From: Hydrolagus colliei
Lineage: Eukaryota
Assembly (NCBI GenBank): GCA_035084275.1
Contig: CM068769.1
Location: forward strand, 1,674,001-1,738,000
Reading direction: 5' to 3'
DNA: 64,000 bases
Below, piece after piece: positions 21,700 through 35,905 of this stretch; the stretch's first letter is position 1; each line of letters starts with the position of its first letter. The notes beneath the pieces are model-generated. The model did not search any database. It saw only the letters and a list, made by a program, of their open reading frames with translations, and had not been told where the DNA came from. The translations under genes and the position numbers were made by a program.

Positions 21700-21965
21700 G
21701 TGTAGAATTCAAGCTCATTGGTTAGAGCACTTGTATTACAAGCGTGAGATCCGTGTTCGAATCCAGGCAGGTCAGGGCGAAACCTTGACCAATGTTCTTT
21801 AACCCTCATTCCTAATAATAATTCCAAATAAAAATTCACAATTGGTGAATTCAAGCTACGACTATTTGTGGGAAACTGCTGCGCGCATTTCGCCCACAAA
21901 CATAGACTGAATTCACTTTAGTTTATACTGTGAAGCATTTTGAGACATTTGAAGTGCTACTTCAA
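21700..21965 (+). mobile_element. tRNA-derived SINE
   Basis: agctcattggttagagcac head, gttcgaatcc B-box. Confidence 0.75.
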
Positions 21966-22019
21966 ATTGGAGGATTTTCTTTCTTTGCTTTTTAACTGCT
22001 TTATCTACCTGCCCTGTCA

Positions 22020-22900
22020 CCTACATAGTTTAACTGGCATGAACCTTCCGGTCTCTATTTCCACCCAATCTCATTAAGATGGTACCATCTAGCTTGAAGT
22101 GCTTCCACTCATACACCAACTCAAAATACATCACATCAGAATTTTCCACCTGAAATTTCCTCTGCCAGCTGTATTTGTATCATCTGCAAAATTACAAACT
22201 GAGCTATACATGCCCATGTCAAGTTCATTTAATTCAATCAAAAATAGAAATCATTCTGATACCGATTCTGGGAGATTTCCCTTCAGTCGGTAAAACAACC
22301 GTTCTCCACCACTCTCTGCTTTCTGTCTCCCATCTAGTTTTGTTACCATCCTGTCACTGTAGATGCAATATCATGATCTACTATTTTACTTAGAAGTCTG
22401 TCATGCATCGCATTTTGAAAATCCATGTAAACTACTTCAACTATATTATCTTCACTTACAACCCTCTGCGATACTTCATCATGTAAAACTCTTTCAGCTT
22501 TGTTCGACACGATTTCACAATTTTATTCCATACTTTTCTAAGCAAAGCATTATCTCGTTTTGGATTCGTCTGCAGAAAGCTCCCCACTTTTGACCTTAGG
22601 GTGGCTGATCTGAACTTCGAATATTTATTCTTCTGCCCTTATTCTGCAGATCAGAAATTATTTCAACCCTCCATTGCTCCACACAAAATCGATACTCAAG
22701 ACAATCCAACAATTGTGGCCAGAGCCTGCCTTATTGATTCGCTTACTTTCCTCAGCAATCTTGGATATATGCAATATGGAAATGGAAATTTTGAGACCAT
22801 CAACGGTTTTAATATCTCTTCTCGTTATTCTTATCTTATCCAATTATTCTATCATCTGTATCGATACTGTGGTATTGGCAGCATTCGCTCAACAAATGTA
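22020..22900 (-). mobile_element. Decayed CR1 RT fragment
   Basis: Nucleotide similarity to the inner CR1 (tcatctgcaaa, aaatccatgtaaactac); many stops. Confidence 0.55.
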
Positions 22901-23685
22901 ATGTTGTTGGCGTTGCATACAACAAGTTGAATATTCGCAATTTCATCTCTGTCGCTTCATCATGCTACTCCAGTGTTATCTTTACTGCTAAGCTGATAAA
23001 ACTCCAAATTGCAATTTGCTCATTTATATTGCTGAGTGATTGCTTTGATATGGAAAACATGTTTGGATACTATTTGCATTGTAATAGACAGTTATAAAGA
23101 AATGAAGGAAAAATAACCGGATAGATTGATATACATACAGAGATTTAAGAGATCAAAAGAGAATCAGGGAGGCAAAAAATGACTATGTAAAACTGACTAT
23201 ACTTTCATTCAAATACAATTCCCGTATTTCTTCAATGTGAAACTGTTCGCAATTGTTTTTGATATTGCACAAATCTTTTGAGAGTCAATTTCATTAATGT
23301 TCTGACCGCATTTTAGTTTACAAATCCTCAAAGATGTCAAGGCACCTGATCAAGATGATCCACGTCCAAGCCTTATGATAGGAGTTGGTAATGGCTAATC
23401 AAATATTTATATCGAAAAGGGTGACGCAGCTAATCGAGGAAGCTGCATGCCACTTATATAAACATTGCTGATGGACAAGTTATTAGATATTATAATAAAA
23501 GAGGAAGTAACTTGTCATCTGCAGAACGAACCTATAAAAAAGTATGTTTGCCAGGAAGTGATGTCCATTGTACAAAGAATAGTGGTAGTTTTCCTGTGTC
23601 TACGTTTCCAGAAATAATCTGCTGATAAAACAGCATGAACGTATAATTTTTCTGTATCTTTCACTTCGGGAGGGCGTCATAAAAT

Positions 23686-24250
23686 AATAGAATCATAGAA
23701 TCTTACTGCACAAAAGGAGGTCATTCGGCCCATCGAGTCTGTGCCGATTCTTTAAAAAGAGCAATTGAGTCCCACTTACCAGCTCTCTCCACAAAACCGC
23801 GCAAACCCTTCCTCGGCCAAAAAATGTACACCTCTCTTTTAAAGTTGTTACCGAATCTACCTCCACCACCTTTTCAGGCAATGCATACAAGATTCGAACA
23901 ACCTGCCGAGTGACATAATTTCTCCTCGCCTCCCCTTTGCTTCTTTTTGAAACTGTTTAAAATCTGTGACCACGAGACATCGACTTCTCCCAGCAATGGA
24001 AACAGGTTTTCCTTATATACTCTGTCGAATTACCTCATGATCCTAAACCTCTGCTTGGTCACTTCGTAAACTTCTCTGCTCTAATGAGAATAAACCTAGC
24101 CTTTCTAGCCGTTCCACATAGCTGAAGTCGCTCATTCATGGTATCAGCCTAGTAAAGCTCCTCATCACCCCTTCCAATGCCTTAACATCCTTCCTATAAT
24201 GTGACCAGAATTGAACACAGTACTCTAGATGAGGCTTAACCTTAGTTCTA
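23686..24250 (-). mobile_element. CR1 LINE 3' fragment
   Basis: agaatcatagaat tail, cattcggcccatc 3'UTR, aatgcata/accttttcagg motifs. Confidence 0.85.
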
Positions 24251-27159
24251 TTGAGGTTTTGCAAGAATACGTCCCACAATTTTGGAAGTTGACGAAAATT
24301 GTAGCATAGTTGCAGGGGCAGCAGTTATTAAAGCATGGTTGCAAAACTGAAAGCAAAGATGTATTAAGTGTATCATAAGTAGAGCGTCAATAGATGCCAA
24401 TAAAGCAAACTGGGGAATATGATGAACATGGCAGAGAATTTCAGAGGAATCTGCGGATCAAACAGCTTAATTGGAAGAAGATTACAATTTAATTTAATTG
24501 AGGAAAATGCAAAGTTATTAATTATGACAGACAAAAACCCTCCAATAGTCCACACCAGGACTATCCAATTTTTTTTGCTGTCCGAGGACATTTGCCTATT
24601 TGAGACACAACCGTGGGATGCATGAACATTAATTTTGCTCTTTCCTTCCAGAGACAGAATAACATCTCTCGTAAGTGACTACAATAATAAATATATTAAT
24701 AAAAACGCTTGCATTTGATATGCCATCTGATCACTTCTCCGAAACGTAAGAAAGCACTTCACATGATCAGCTGTCGTGTGTATTGACTGTGGATTCTGTG
24801 AGCCAAGTTTGAAACTGCTCATGTTCTCATTTGGGCAACTGAACTGCGTGTGGGAGACGAGCGATTTGGGAGTATGGGGCGGTCCAGTCCGACCCCTCTA
24901 CCATCGTGGCCGTACTTACAGACTCTCTGTCTCATATGCTGGAACACCATCCACAGTCCCTTCGCCTCGCATCCTCCCTTGTATACTTCAAGGCCGGTCA
25001 AAATAAACTCATTTTCGATCATGCCTTCTGAGGAAATCCACAGATCCTCTTCATACGACTCTCCGCTTCACAACCCACGAGCAGCAAACCTATCTGCATT
25101 TTCCACCAAACTATCCGCTCCCACTTCAATAAATCACTTATTGTCAACAAGCTCATCTTGCATTAATATTATGAGGTAAACAGAAAACTAGCTCTGCCAC
25201 CATCACCATGTTGAAGCCTCACCCCTAGATACAAGTTTCACCATAACCACTGTGGCTACAGGTGTCTCTTAATTCTCATGCTTCCCTTGGTCTTACCCGG
25301 TACTATGTGTGACTGTTTCTCTTTGTGTGAAAACTCAAATTTCACAACTCTTTCCTGCTCCCTAAATGTCACCCAGTACACGAACGCGCTTCGCCACTCA
25401 ATCGGCTTCAGTTCCGACCTGTCTATCATGGGAAATGGGCTTCTCCCTCTCACCAAATATCAAGCGCCACCTTGGATTAGAGATAGATTTACGATCCTTC
25501 TGCACTGACAGTGCTCCCAAGTCAGTTTTAAAGAACCAATAAAGCTCCCTGTTCATTCTGCATCCACCCTCTCAGGTCTGGGTTAGACGTGCAGTAAAAT
25601 TCTACACACTATTCATAGGTTTGGAAACATGTAGACGAATTATTTTTCCGAATGTTGCACTGTGTTATGGCGAGAGTAAGACATATACAGTGGGCTGAAA
25701 AGACACTTTATATCTTGTGAGCATTCAAGAAATGTAGATTGACGTACCTGAATTGAAGAAACAATCTGAGTTTCACCATTGTCTTCTGAAGACAACGTCA
25801 GCAGCTGGGTTCCGCAATTTCGGGTGGCTGGGCTATTCAGACTCTCTCTGGCTGTTTTCATACAGCTCCAATGCTGGCTTTACCAACGAGCCTGGAAGCT
25901 GAACACACCCAGGCTGTACATTACTCCTTTTATATGGCTGAGAAGTTAATGTTTCACTACTCACATGATTTTTTCTTTTGTAGTTCGAAACAGAAAGCCA
26001 CCAGAAGAGAAAACGATCGTGCAAGTGAACCAGAGAAAGAAAGACAATCTGAGTCCTTCTCAAACACACTCTCTCAATTTATCTCACTCATACTTTCATT
26101 CTCTTTCACACACTACCTGCCAAACTTCCTTCTCTCCTTCTGAAAAATGGTCTCTCACATACTTTCGTCATCTCTCTCTGAAGCACTCTCTGTTTCGCTT
26201 TCTCTCATTCACCCTTGCTTTTGTTATACATTTTTTCACACACGCAATGTTTCGCAGTTTGTTTTGCAGAAACATTAGTATACGTGATTAGCAAACCGTT
26301 GGCCTAGTCAAATCTGTACAGTACTAATTTAACGTAATTCACATTTTTTCAGGGTTAATCATTGATATGGGAAATCGCTCAATGTGCAAATTCTCTGTTG
26401 TGCAAGGTTCTGTGGATATATAACTGATGAAGCTTTCTGAGTGCCATTTTGTAGACAGAACACATCCCTCCAGGGAGAGTGATGGTATGCCATTTTAACA
26501 ATCGTTGCTGATTTCCATGAGCAAATGAAATACATGAAATTCTTAGAATTGTTTGGACATTTTATTCGGGACTCTTATGAGCACAGCGATGGTCTCGTCC
26601 ATTCTGGACAGGATTTGAATAATAAACGAGTTTTCAGGTTAACCATTCACAGACACATCCTTATTAATGTCCAATGTCCCCCTATTATTCTATTCTGGAA
26701 TGTCTAGAATTTAAGAGGGCAGGGCGTGTGTGTAACCTTATCATCCGTGAATTGAACAGGCCTCTAAAGTACAGAGTGCTTTATTTACCTGTCCTATACG
26801 GGGATAGGACAGGTAAATTTAATTGGGTTTCAAGATCAGCCAAGATCTCATTAAATGGCGAGGAAGTATCGAGGGGACGAGCGGCGTGCTGTTGCTCCTA
26901 ATTGTTATGTTTTTCTGTATTTCTGCTAGTCAGTTATAGAATCGTGTTATGTGTTTGTTTCATGGCAACCACATCGCCAGTCGTGAGTGGCGACACCTTC
27001 CACCGGAAGCATTCTGAGACGTCGTCCGGCGTGCGGGGCACTACATAGATAAACAAAATGTTAGTATCGTTGTCTGCTGATGGCAATCGATCCCCGGAAT
27101 GCAGCCTATCGACTCCTTGCCGTTGCTCTGACTTACCTTCGGTTCATCTTTCAAATGTT

Positions 27160-27400
27160 TCAAAACGCTTCACGGAATACACTGTGAAGTGAATTAATTA
27201 TATTTGTGGGCGAAGCACCGCAGCGAATCACGCACAGCAACGTCCCCAAAAACAGTCATGGATTCAAATACCCAATTTTGTTATCGTGCGTTTTTTGACA
27301 GGAATTACTATTAGGCGTGAGGAGTAAGGAAACTTGGCCAGGGTTTCACCTAGGTCTGCCTGGATTCGAATACCGGTCTCACACTTGTAAAGCGAGAGAT
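27160..27400 (-). mobile_element. tRNA-derived SINE
   Basis: B-box (attcgaatcc) and body gtgaattaattatatttgtggg. Confidence 0.6.
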
Positions 27401-27589
27401 ATAGGACATTCTCCCGACGCGAAACGGCGCTATAAGCATTTGCTTGTTTTTGCTCTATCCATAGAGCAACAGAAGCTCTACGATTGTTCAACTAAACCCC
27501 TTCAACGCCCCACCGCCATCACTCCAACCTACCATCCTGCTCTCTCGATTTGCATTCCTGGAGTAAAATAAGTAAAGAGCCCCTTAGAT

Positions 27590-28330
27590 TCGGAGGCATT
27601 CCGAAGGCGCTGAAATCCACGAATTAGGACATAAGCGAGGAGCGCATGGGGAGCGGGCGTATTCAGTGAAAGTTCAGTGCAGAGATTGTAGTGGGATGGA
27701 CGGTGGCACGGAGGAACACGACGGTCTTGAAGCATTGAGGCAATGTAGGGAGTCTAGTTGCATGGTGTTCCAGAGGTTGGGCAGAGAAGCTGAAGACCCA
27801 ACCGCTGACCGAACTGGGGACATGTAGAAAGCCTGCGCATAAGCGGTCGGCTGATTCAAGAGGTGGGAGGGAGAAAGACCATGTAGGGCGTTGAATGCAG
27901 AGACCAGCATTGTGAACTCAATTCTCTGACGGATGGGTAGTTATAGGTGTGAAGTGGTCACGAAGTTTGGTGTGGGAGCGAACACTAGCTGCATAATTCA
28001 GTATGATCTACACTTTATACAAGGAATCGTTGGAATCCCTCCAAGCTGGGCATTGGAGTAGTTGTGTAAGTTTGTAATGAAGGCATGTATACGTCATTTG
28101 GTGGCCGGATGTTGTTAAGTTCGACGATATTGCAGAGGGATTTGAAGGCTTACTGGATCATGGCATGGCATGGATAAGAGGGCTTATCAATAAGTTGCTC
28201 AGTTTCCTTAATAATTCTGTAAGGCGGAGTGCAACCATGCGCTCATGATGCCAGTGACTGAGGTGAGGATGTGCTGCTGCGATCCAATCCGGAGTGCCTT
28301 GTTGTTGTTGACGTTCAACTGTACAAAGTT
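27590..28330 (-). mobile_element. L2 LINE 3' fragment, decayed
   Basis: LHGLSPSHL...SLPNLWNT remnants. Confidence 0.6.
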
Positions 28331-31300
28331 GGTTTATATCTAAGACTTGATGTCTGGCATCAGTACCTCCAACTCTATCGCCTCATACCATGAACCATAA
28401 TGTTGTCACCTCCCTTCTCGACTTCCTCGACGTGAAATGCGCTCTATAAATGTAATTTTTGTTGTTGTTGTTGACCCCATATAATTTCCTCGCCACTAAT
28501 GCCAGTTGTGCCACCCGTAACCCGCAGCTGGTACAAATTTCTTAACATCAATTTCAAGATCTTCACCCTCAACTGAAAATACATTACAATCTTCTCTCCA
28601 CTTGTCCGACTTGTTCATACTTCAAACGTGTGAGCAGTTATACAGTGGCTGGATAATACCACTATTTAGGCTTTGTATTTTTGCGTATGTTTTCTGATTG
28701 AATGCTGTGCACACAATATTCTAGTTGCGGTCTCACCAATACCCTGAACAATTGCAGCAAGACTTTCCTACTACTAAGCAATATGTCAGGACAAAAGTGG
28801 TCCTTGAATCGAGAGTACAGAAAGAAATATAGAGTTGTACATCATTCGGATACAGGAAGTTGACGCAATATCTGCGAATAATGTCACCGTGGAGGATCAT
28901 GTAGCTATGGAATAGTAGGCGCCTGGTACAGAACCATCGGGTACGCCATAAGTGGCAGTGCAGGATCTTGACGAGAAACCTTTTTGTGCAACTAGGTGGA
29001 GATGGTGAAAGAGGTAAGAATGATACCAGGGACGCGAAGCTGAATGTAGCTGGTATAAACTGTCGAAGTAGAGTCTGGGTGTCTTCAGATACAAGAATCA
29101 GAAGCAAAGCCAGCATTGGAGCTGTGCAGTACCTGCAAAGCAAGGTAGATGGAGAAAGAGTGTGTGTATATCCCAGTCACCATCAGAATGAACATACCCA
29201 CTGGATTAGGGGCTATCACTGTCCTCACTTGCCAGCAGTGAGACCCGGTTTACACTTTTCCTGTTCTCATTGAGTATTTGTGTCTGAGGGTTTGACACTG
29301 CACGCTGAAATGTTTCTCTTAGTAATGTATAAAGTGATATCTTCAAGAACTGCTTAATTGAGCTGTCATTTTCTCACAAACTCAGATTTGGATAAGTGTT
29401 AGGGCTGAGGATGGGAATTTGCGGGAGGGACAATACCGGAACAGTCACCTTACCGCCGACCTTACTTGATGTTTTTTTTTGCTAGAAAATAATTGAACTC
29501 TTCCCCACATTCTACTCCACTGCCAACCTGTTGCACACTGACACAAGCTGTCTATATCTCTTCGCATCTTCCTTGCGTTCTCCTTATATCTCAGTTTCCC
29601 ACGGACCTTTGCGTTACTTGCGAAATTAGAACCATTTAAAATTTCGATTCGAATCCAGTATGCATTTCCTCAATTATTAATCTATATTTGCTTATCTACG
29701 TCATAGATTGTAGGTTAGATTCGTACTATTGAGGCACAAGCTTTGATCATTGTGGTTCTCCACTTTTCAATACCTGCCAATCTGAAAAGTACCAGCATAT
29801 CCGTTTCGATACATGCTGATATATTACACTGTTTGGCTCCTCACCAACCTTCCCTCCACAAGCTGCAGATCACATAGATCGCTGAAGCGTGTCCTCTCCC
29901 CCACCAGGTACCTGACCCCATCAAAATTACCCTCGCACTCAGCCCTGGCTCTCCATTCCGCAGAGGATCAAATTCAAAATCCTTATTGTCAAGTCCTTCC
30001 AAGGACTTGCCCACTCCTATCTCTCTGAGCTGCTGAATCCCTATGAACCTGTCCATTCCACTCAGCGTGCTGAGTTTTCCCCGCTCGATCTACCTGACCG
30101 TCTGCGCGTGGATTTCTACCCCAAGGTTTAGAAAGCCATCTCACAATCCGTTCGCCTTGCACATTCTCTTGCCTCGTTAAAGGATGGTCTGAAGACACTG
30201 AATTGCGTCCATGCATTATGTAGCTGCCCACTGTGCCCTGCGCCATTCGAACGCTGCACAATTGAACCCCCACCTCCATTCTCTGGTCGTGACCCCTGAC
30301 TGTTCAGTGCCTTTTGCCTTCCTTCTGACGTGAAAGGCACACTGCAAAGATAATTTTAGTCTTCTTGTACATTCCACGGTAACATAGATTTCATCATTTC
30401 AGACTGGTTGTCACATCAACCGTGAGCACCGACAAACTTTTTAGCATATCCTCTTGGCATATTCTTATCTTATCCAATCTTCCGATACTGTGGCATTCGC
30501 TGCTTCCTCCGTTTTTGAAAAAGATGGAAACAACTCATTCAGATCTATTCGTGCCTACAAAAGAAGATTGTTTCATTAATCGCCACCACCCTACGTTTGC
30601 ATAAACGTTTTTTTTTCTACTATTCCAGTTATCTTATTTTTCCAGTTTATGTTAACTGCTAACGTTGTCTCATACAACATCTTTGCCCTCTTCGTTTATT
30701 TTAAATTCTTCTCACTGTCTTCTATATTTTATTGAGTTAACTTTTTTAAAATCTAGCTTTCATAATCCTTCCACCTGTTTTATGCCTAATGATGTTGTGT
30801 TCAATTTCAAATCTGTTCACGGCCTTGCCCGTTCCTATATCTCCGACATGCTAACTCCCCATCAATCTGCCCGCTCTATCCGGTCTTGTTCATGTCACCC
30901 GCGCGACCGTGCCTATGCAGACATATTCCATTCTGGAACTTCAAGGCCGGTCTCGAGCCGCTACTTTTCAATCGAGCATACTGCTGCACCTTCACCTCTC
31001 TGCCTCCCTGACGTCCACCAAACCTGACCCTTAACTCCGCTAGGTTCTCTATCTCTGACTGTTCAGCACCTTGGGAGGTGAAAATCACTCGATCAATGTA
31101 TTTGATGTTGTTTTTGTTTAATCCCAATTTTCTTTATCACGCAAGGAGGATTTCGATTTTCAAAGATTACTCCAAGCCTAATGAGATTGTGGTCACTGTT
31201 GTCCACGTTTCTCCTGCTGAAAACTGCTTAATTCAACGACTACAGAATTAGATCCAACTGTACTTCCTTATAGGGCTGAACATATATTGTGTGTCTAGAA

Positions 31301-31734
31301 GAATGCGAGTATTGAGAGATTGGGGGAGACGTAGAGAATGTGTGCTTGATCCAGACGTTGCGGGAGACGGATGTATCTTGTATTTGTTGCACACGCAGCA
31401 AGAAGGAGACACTGAAAACAAGTATGAATGATAGCAAGAGAAGGTGATTGAGAAGGAATGTGAGAGAATGAGTGTGTGATTGTCTGAGAAATTGTTCGAT
31501 AGACACCAAGAGCGTTTTTTGACAGAGTGTGACTGAGGGAGATAAACAAAGAAAGATTGAGCGGGAAAATTTATTCTATCAATTCTTCACCACGGTCCAC
31601 AATCCTCTCTCACTCTATTATTCTCTCTCTAACATTTAAGCGTCATAACAGTTGTGGAGGTCCTCTCAGTGGTTGTAAGATAACAAGTTTAACAGCACCT
31701 TCGAGTTACATAGCGCAGAACAGATCATAGATAG

Positions 31735-31950
31735 ATTCATAGATTCATAGAATTTTACCGCACAAAAGGAGGCCATTCGGCCCATCTAGTCTGTGCCACC
31801 TCTTTGAAAAGAGCGATTCAATCCCACTGCCCTGCCCACTCCCCATAGCCTAAAAGACCCGTTCTCCCTAAATAAAGATCTAATTCCCTTTTAAAAGTTG
31901 TTATCGAATCAGCCTCCACCACCTTTTCAGGCAATGCATTCCAGATTCCA
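31735..31950 (-). mobile_element. CR1 LINE 3' end fragment
   Basis: Near-identical to 4682-4900. Confidence 0.9.
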
Positions 31951-32584
31951 GATTCCATACAGCAGCTCGGCGCGCTTGATAGGCAGAAACATAGATTATT
32001 GCTGTGTGCTTTAGCTCTGTGCTTAAAGCATTCAACTTACGAGTAAGATACTAGTGTTCGATTCCAGGCAAAGCGAATCGGTGGGCAAATTGAGGTACTG
32101 CACAAGCCTGACAACAATCCCTCAAAACAATAAGTGTCATTTTAATCTAAGAATGCTTTCTGTATCTGTTATATATAATTGGTTCGCCAACAAATATACA
32201 GTCAATTAATTTAACATTATAGGTGATGAAACGATTTGAGGCATTTACAACAGGTGATCAATTGCTTCATCCAATGCATTGACTATTAGCATCTACTGTA
32301 CAGGTTGAATTAAGTTACTGAAGTTCCCACATTCAATCGGAAAATGGAAATACAACACGTAAAGAAACGTTATTTTTTCTTCAGTTTTTAATTATTAAAT
32401 CTATTTATAGATTTGTTATCTCATTTTGCTTCATTCTGTGCATCTTCTTTCCCTCTCTCGTGTCTTGCTGAATCTCATAGTTTCCTGTATTTTCCTGCAT
32501 TTAACCAATATAATACACCCACGATACCAGTTTAATTATCCCTCAATCACACTGTCAATCAATTATTTCAATGATTCTCTTCCA

Positions 32585-32800
32585 ATCCCTTCCTCCCTCC
32601 CTCCCTCCCTCGCTCCCTCCCTCCGTCTTTCCCGTCCACCCTCTCTTTCCCACGCTCCCTCCCTCCCTCTCTCACTCCCTCACTCCCTCCCTCCATCCCT
32701 CCCTCCGTCCCTCCCTCCCTCACTCACTCACTCACTCACTCACTCACCCACTCACTCCCATTCCATTCACCGCCCTCCCTCTCTCCCTCCCTTGCTGATT
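32585..32800. repeat. (CCCT)n/(CTCA)n simple repeat
   Basis: Directly visible. Confidence 0.9.
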
Positions 32801-33199
32801 CCATCCTAACTCTTTGACTCCCTCTCTCATTTTCTCTCTCTCACACTCGCTCTACGTATCTGTATCTGCTTCCCGACCTTAGCAGCATTGACACTGACTC
32901 TGTGCCGCAAGCATGGCTAAAGACGAATGGTTGCAAGCGGGACTTCTATAAACGGGGGCGACGGGGTAAGGTGGAGAGATTGAGGGGTTCTGTTCTGTAG
33001 AAAAAATACATGAAAATGGGAGTATGGTTGCGAATCTATATGGGAGACAGAACGCAGAGGGAAGTGACGACCAGTTGTTTTTCTGTATGGTAGGAACACT
33101 GCTCTTCTTGATCTACACAAGTGACCAGTGTACAAGGGAGGATAATTGGAAGCTTGCGAATGGGTCAGTTGGGAAAATGCGTAGTAATTGCTGAGGAGA

Positions 33200-33890
33200 A
33201 GAGTAGAACGACAAACAGTCTAGTGAAATAGGAAGGCACGTGTCAGATGGAGTGTATTGCGGAGCAATACAATGTGATGTATTTTGTGGGAATTATATAA
33301 GTTGGAAAGTAAAATCTTAAAGTAGTGCGAAGGAACAGGGTGCAACTGGGTTTATATCAATAAATATTTGTAAGTGGCTCTACAGGTAGATACAGTGGTT
33401 TTTAAAAACTGTATGTGATGCAAAGCTTCAGAAATAAAGTGCAATTTTGATGTTGTTATTAAAAATAGAGGCATAAAAGTTAGGAAGCTATGATGATTGT
33501 TTACAAAAACACTGCTTCGGCCAGTTAGGGAACAAGCAACTTAATTCAGGAAGAATGTCAATAGCTTGGAGAGGGAGGATAGTGGAGTAGCGAAAATGGT
33601 ACCAGGAATTAGGGATAGATGAGGAGTGGAGAAAGACAAGAACTATTCTCCTTGGAGCAGAGAAGGTTAAGGGGAATTTCATAAATGTGTTCAAAAGTAT
33701 GAGTATTTTCGACAGGGTGAACACTGGAAAACCGCTTCCACTCACTGATAGATCGGCAACATGAAGTCACCAAGTTCAAACATCTGGCAAAAGAGGTGAG
33801 TAGAATATTTTTATACAACGTTTCGTTCCGCTCTGGAATGCATTGCCTTACAAAGTGCTGAAAGCCAATTCGATAAGAGTTTTCAAGAGA
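33200..33890 (+). mobile_element. Decayed CR1 3' fragment
   Basis: ctccttggagcagagaaggttaagggg and ctggaatgcattgcct motifs. Confidence 0.65.
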
Positions 33891-35500
33891 GCTTTATAAT
33901 GCTAACTTTTTATTGAATGCAAAGGAAACACATTCGATACGTCACAAATTAGCATGCATAGAAAAATCGCTCCAATCATCAGGAAAAATTTAAACATAAT
34001 TTTCCAGTGCTTTTCTAGTACGAGAAATCTAATTTCAGGAGCTAAAATACTGTAGAATAATGTCCAACATAAATTCGTACTAATCTACAGTCCAAGACTA
34101 CGTAGTACTGAATCTCGCAATGATAATAATCACAAAGCAGCGAAATAGCAGACGAATATTAGCATCTAAATTAACCTAATTGTAACCAAACTGATTTACA
34201 CAAATTCTACAGCAGCTTCATCTTCTTCATTATCCACCTCGCTGATACGTGCCTTCAACATTTTGCGAGGATATTTACAGGATCGCATGTGACTTTCCAG
34301 CCAACTTGGTGTTTTAATACCATACATGCTCAACATCAGCTACTTAATTCGGGACCTCATGTGATTGTCCTTAGAAATCGAAAGCTGTGATTCTCCGCTT
34401 CCAGATTTCTCATCTTCAGATCAGCATAGGCCAAAGGCTCTTTCGTTCCCTGCATTTGCTTCCAGTGTTATGTACAAATCATCCTCTCGATCTTCTTCAA
34501 TGGGTATAATGTGATAATTTTCTGATTGTTGCGAAGCTTTCATTCACAGCAAATAGTTCGCTCATTTTCATTGGCCTTATGATTTAAAGAAAACAAAACT
34601 ACGTGCGGAAAACGGCTACATTGGAGTTTTGATGTGATGGGAGACAATGATAGAAGCATTTATGCTTTCGCCTACATAAGCATTTGTTCTTACGCCTCAA
34701 TGCGACTCATTAAGTTTTAATGATAAAAGGGAAGCTTATCCAAACTTTCTCTCTGGTTACATTCGCATGGCTCAAAATCACCAACTATGATAGTTGATTA
34801 TCTGCCCATGTTATATCAGTGGTATCCCTGTAAATATTTTCAGCTCAATGATACCAGTTGTTAAGACTCGTCCACTCACACGGAGATGTTACACATTGAG
34901 CAGAGCATTCTTGTGCCCACCGCATATTTTTTTCTGCCAAAAATGCTGAATACACTCCTTGACTCCAAGTTCCAGTGGGCAGAATTCTGTTGGTGAAATA
35001 TTTCCTCAAAGTTAAGTAAGGCATACGATATATCAATAATACTCAATTTTCTTATGCTTTAATTAACTGTATACGAAATACCATCAATGTCACGGTCATA
35101 TTGGTTTGTGCTGAGTTTTGTGGTTCAGGAAACTTACTCATGGACGCCCAGTGTACAATGGGTAAACTAGTGTAACTTGTGTGCAGGTAAAGGTCACATT
35201 AAATAATATCATCTTTCCTGCAGCTTCTCACTGTTGGTCTGTGTTGGATTCAGAAGAAATGGGAGTTTTCACAAAGGAACGATCTTCAGTCATCATAGAG
35301 TTTTATTATATTTTTATTCAGTACTACATCCCAGTTATAGTACAGGCACTCCTCTTCTGATTCGAATAGTCACTTGTTAGTTCGAACCGTTGAATCTTGG
35401 AGGATTCAACACATATATACTCAGTTTGCTTTCTTTGTCCTACAGGACCTAATCAGTTAAGACAGTATTGCCCAACCAACATGCCCATATTAGGAGCGTT

Positions 35501-35651
35501 ATCCAATGGTCACACACACTTTGTTATCTTTCTACACTATAAAGTTATTTGATCCAATGGTCACACACACTTGATGTCATTCTACACTACAAAGTTAGCT
35601 GATCCAGTGGTCACACACACTTGTTATATTTCTACAATACATAGTTATCTT
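35501..35651. repeat. Three tandem ~50-bp copies
   Basis: Units start at 35501, 35552 and 35602 (atcca.tggtcacacacact...). Confidence 0.9.
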
Positions 35652-35815
35652 GTCTAAATCAGTCTAAACTGCCAGATAAACACAAACGTGTTGTTACAGA
35701 GTCACACATAAAACTGCTACATTCCAACAGTCTGTCATTGCCATTGTTTATGGCTATGACAACACCCTTTTTTAAAAGATATTGTCTATACAAGTAATAA
35801 AACGTGTTGTATTAC

Positions 35816-35905
35816 CTGATCTGTTCCTCCACACTAAGAACGCAGCAAAACTGAGGAAAATCACGCCAACTGCTATGTAAGATGTTATGTTGGAGTTTCC
35901 ATTTT
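35816..35905 (-). CDS. Isolated transmembrane exon TM1 (phase 1-1, 90 nt)
   Basis: ctctctctccAG|AA...AGATCAG|GTAATA; encodes NGNSNITSYIAVGVIFLSFAAFLVWRNRS. Confidence 0.6.

Noticed and set aside
25278-25508. Plus-strand ORF with TLSC...IRDRFTI resembling a degenerate V domain
   Set aside because: It has no Trp41, no second Cys/YxC, no valid acceptor and no RSS. A tblastn or HMM V-set hit would be needed to revive it.
25248-25664. Isolated CACTGTG heptamers at 25248 and 25658
   Set aside because: There is no nonamer at 12 or 23 bp spacing.
35501-35651. Regularly spaced repeats as a CRISPR-like array
   Set aside because: The units are wholly homologous with no unique spacers, and the context is eukaryotic.
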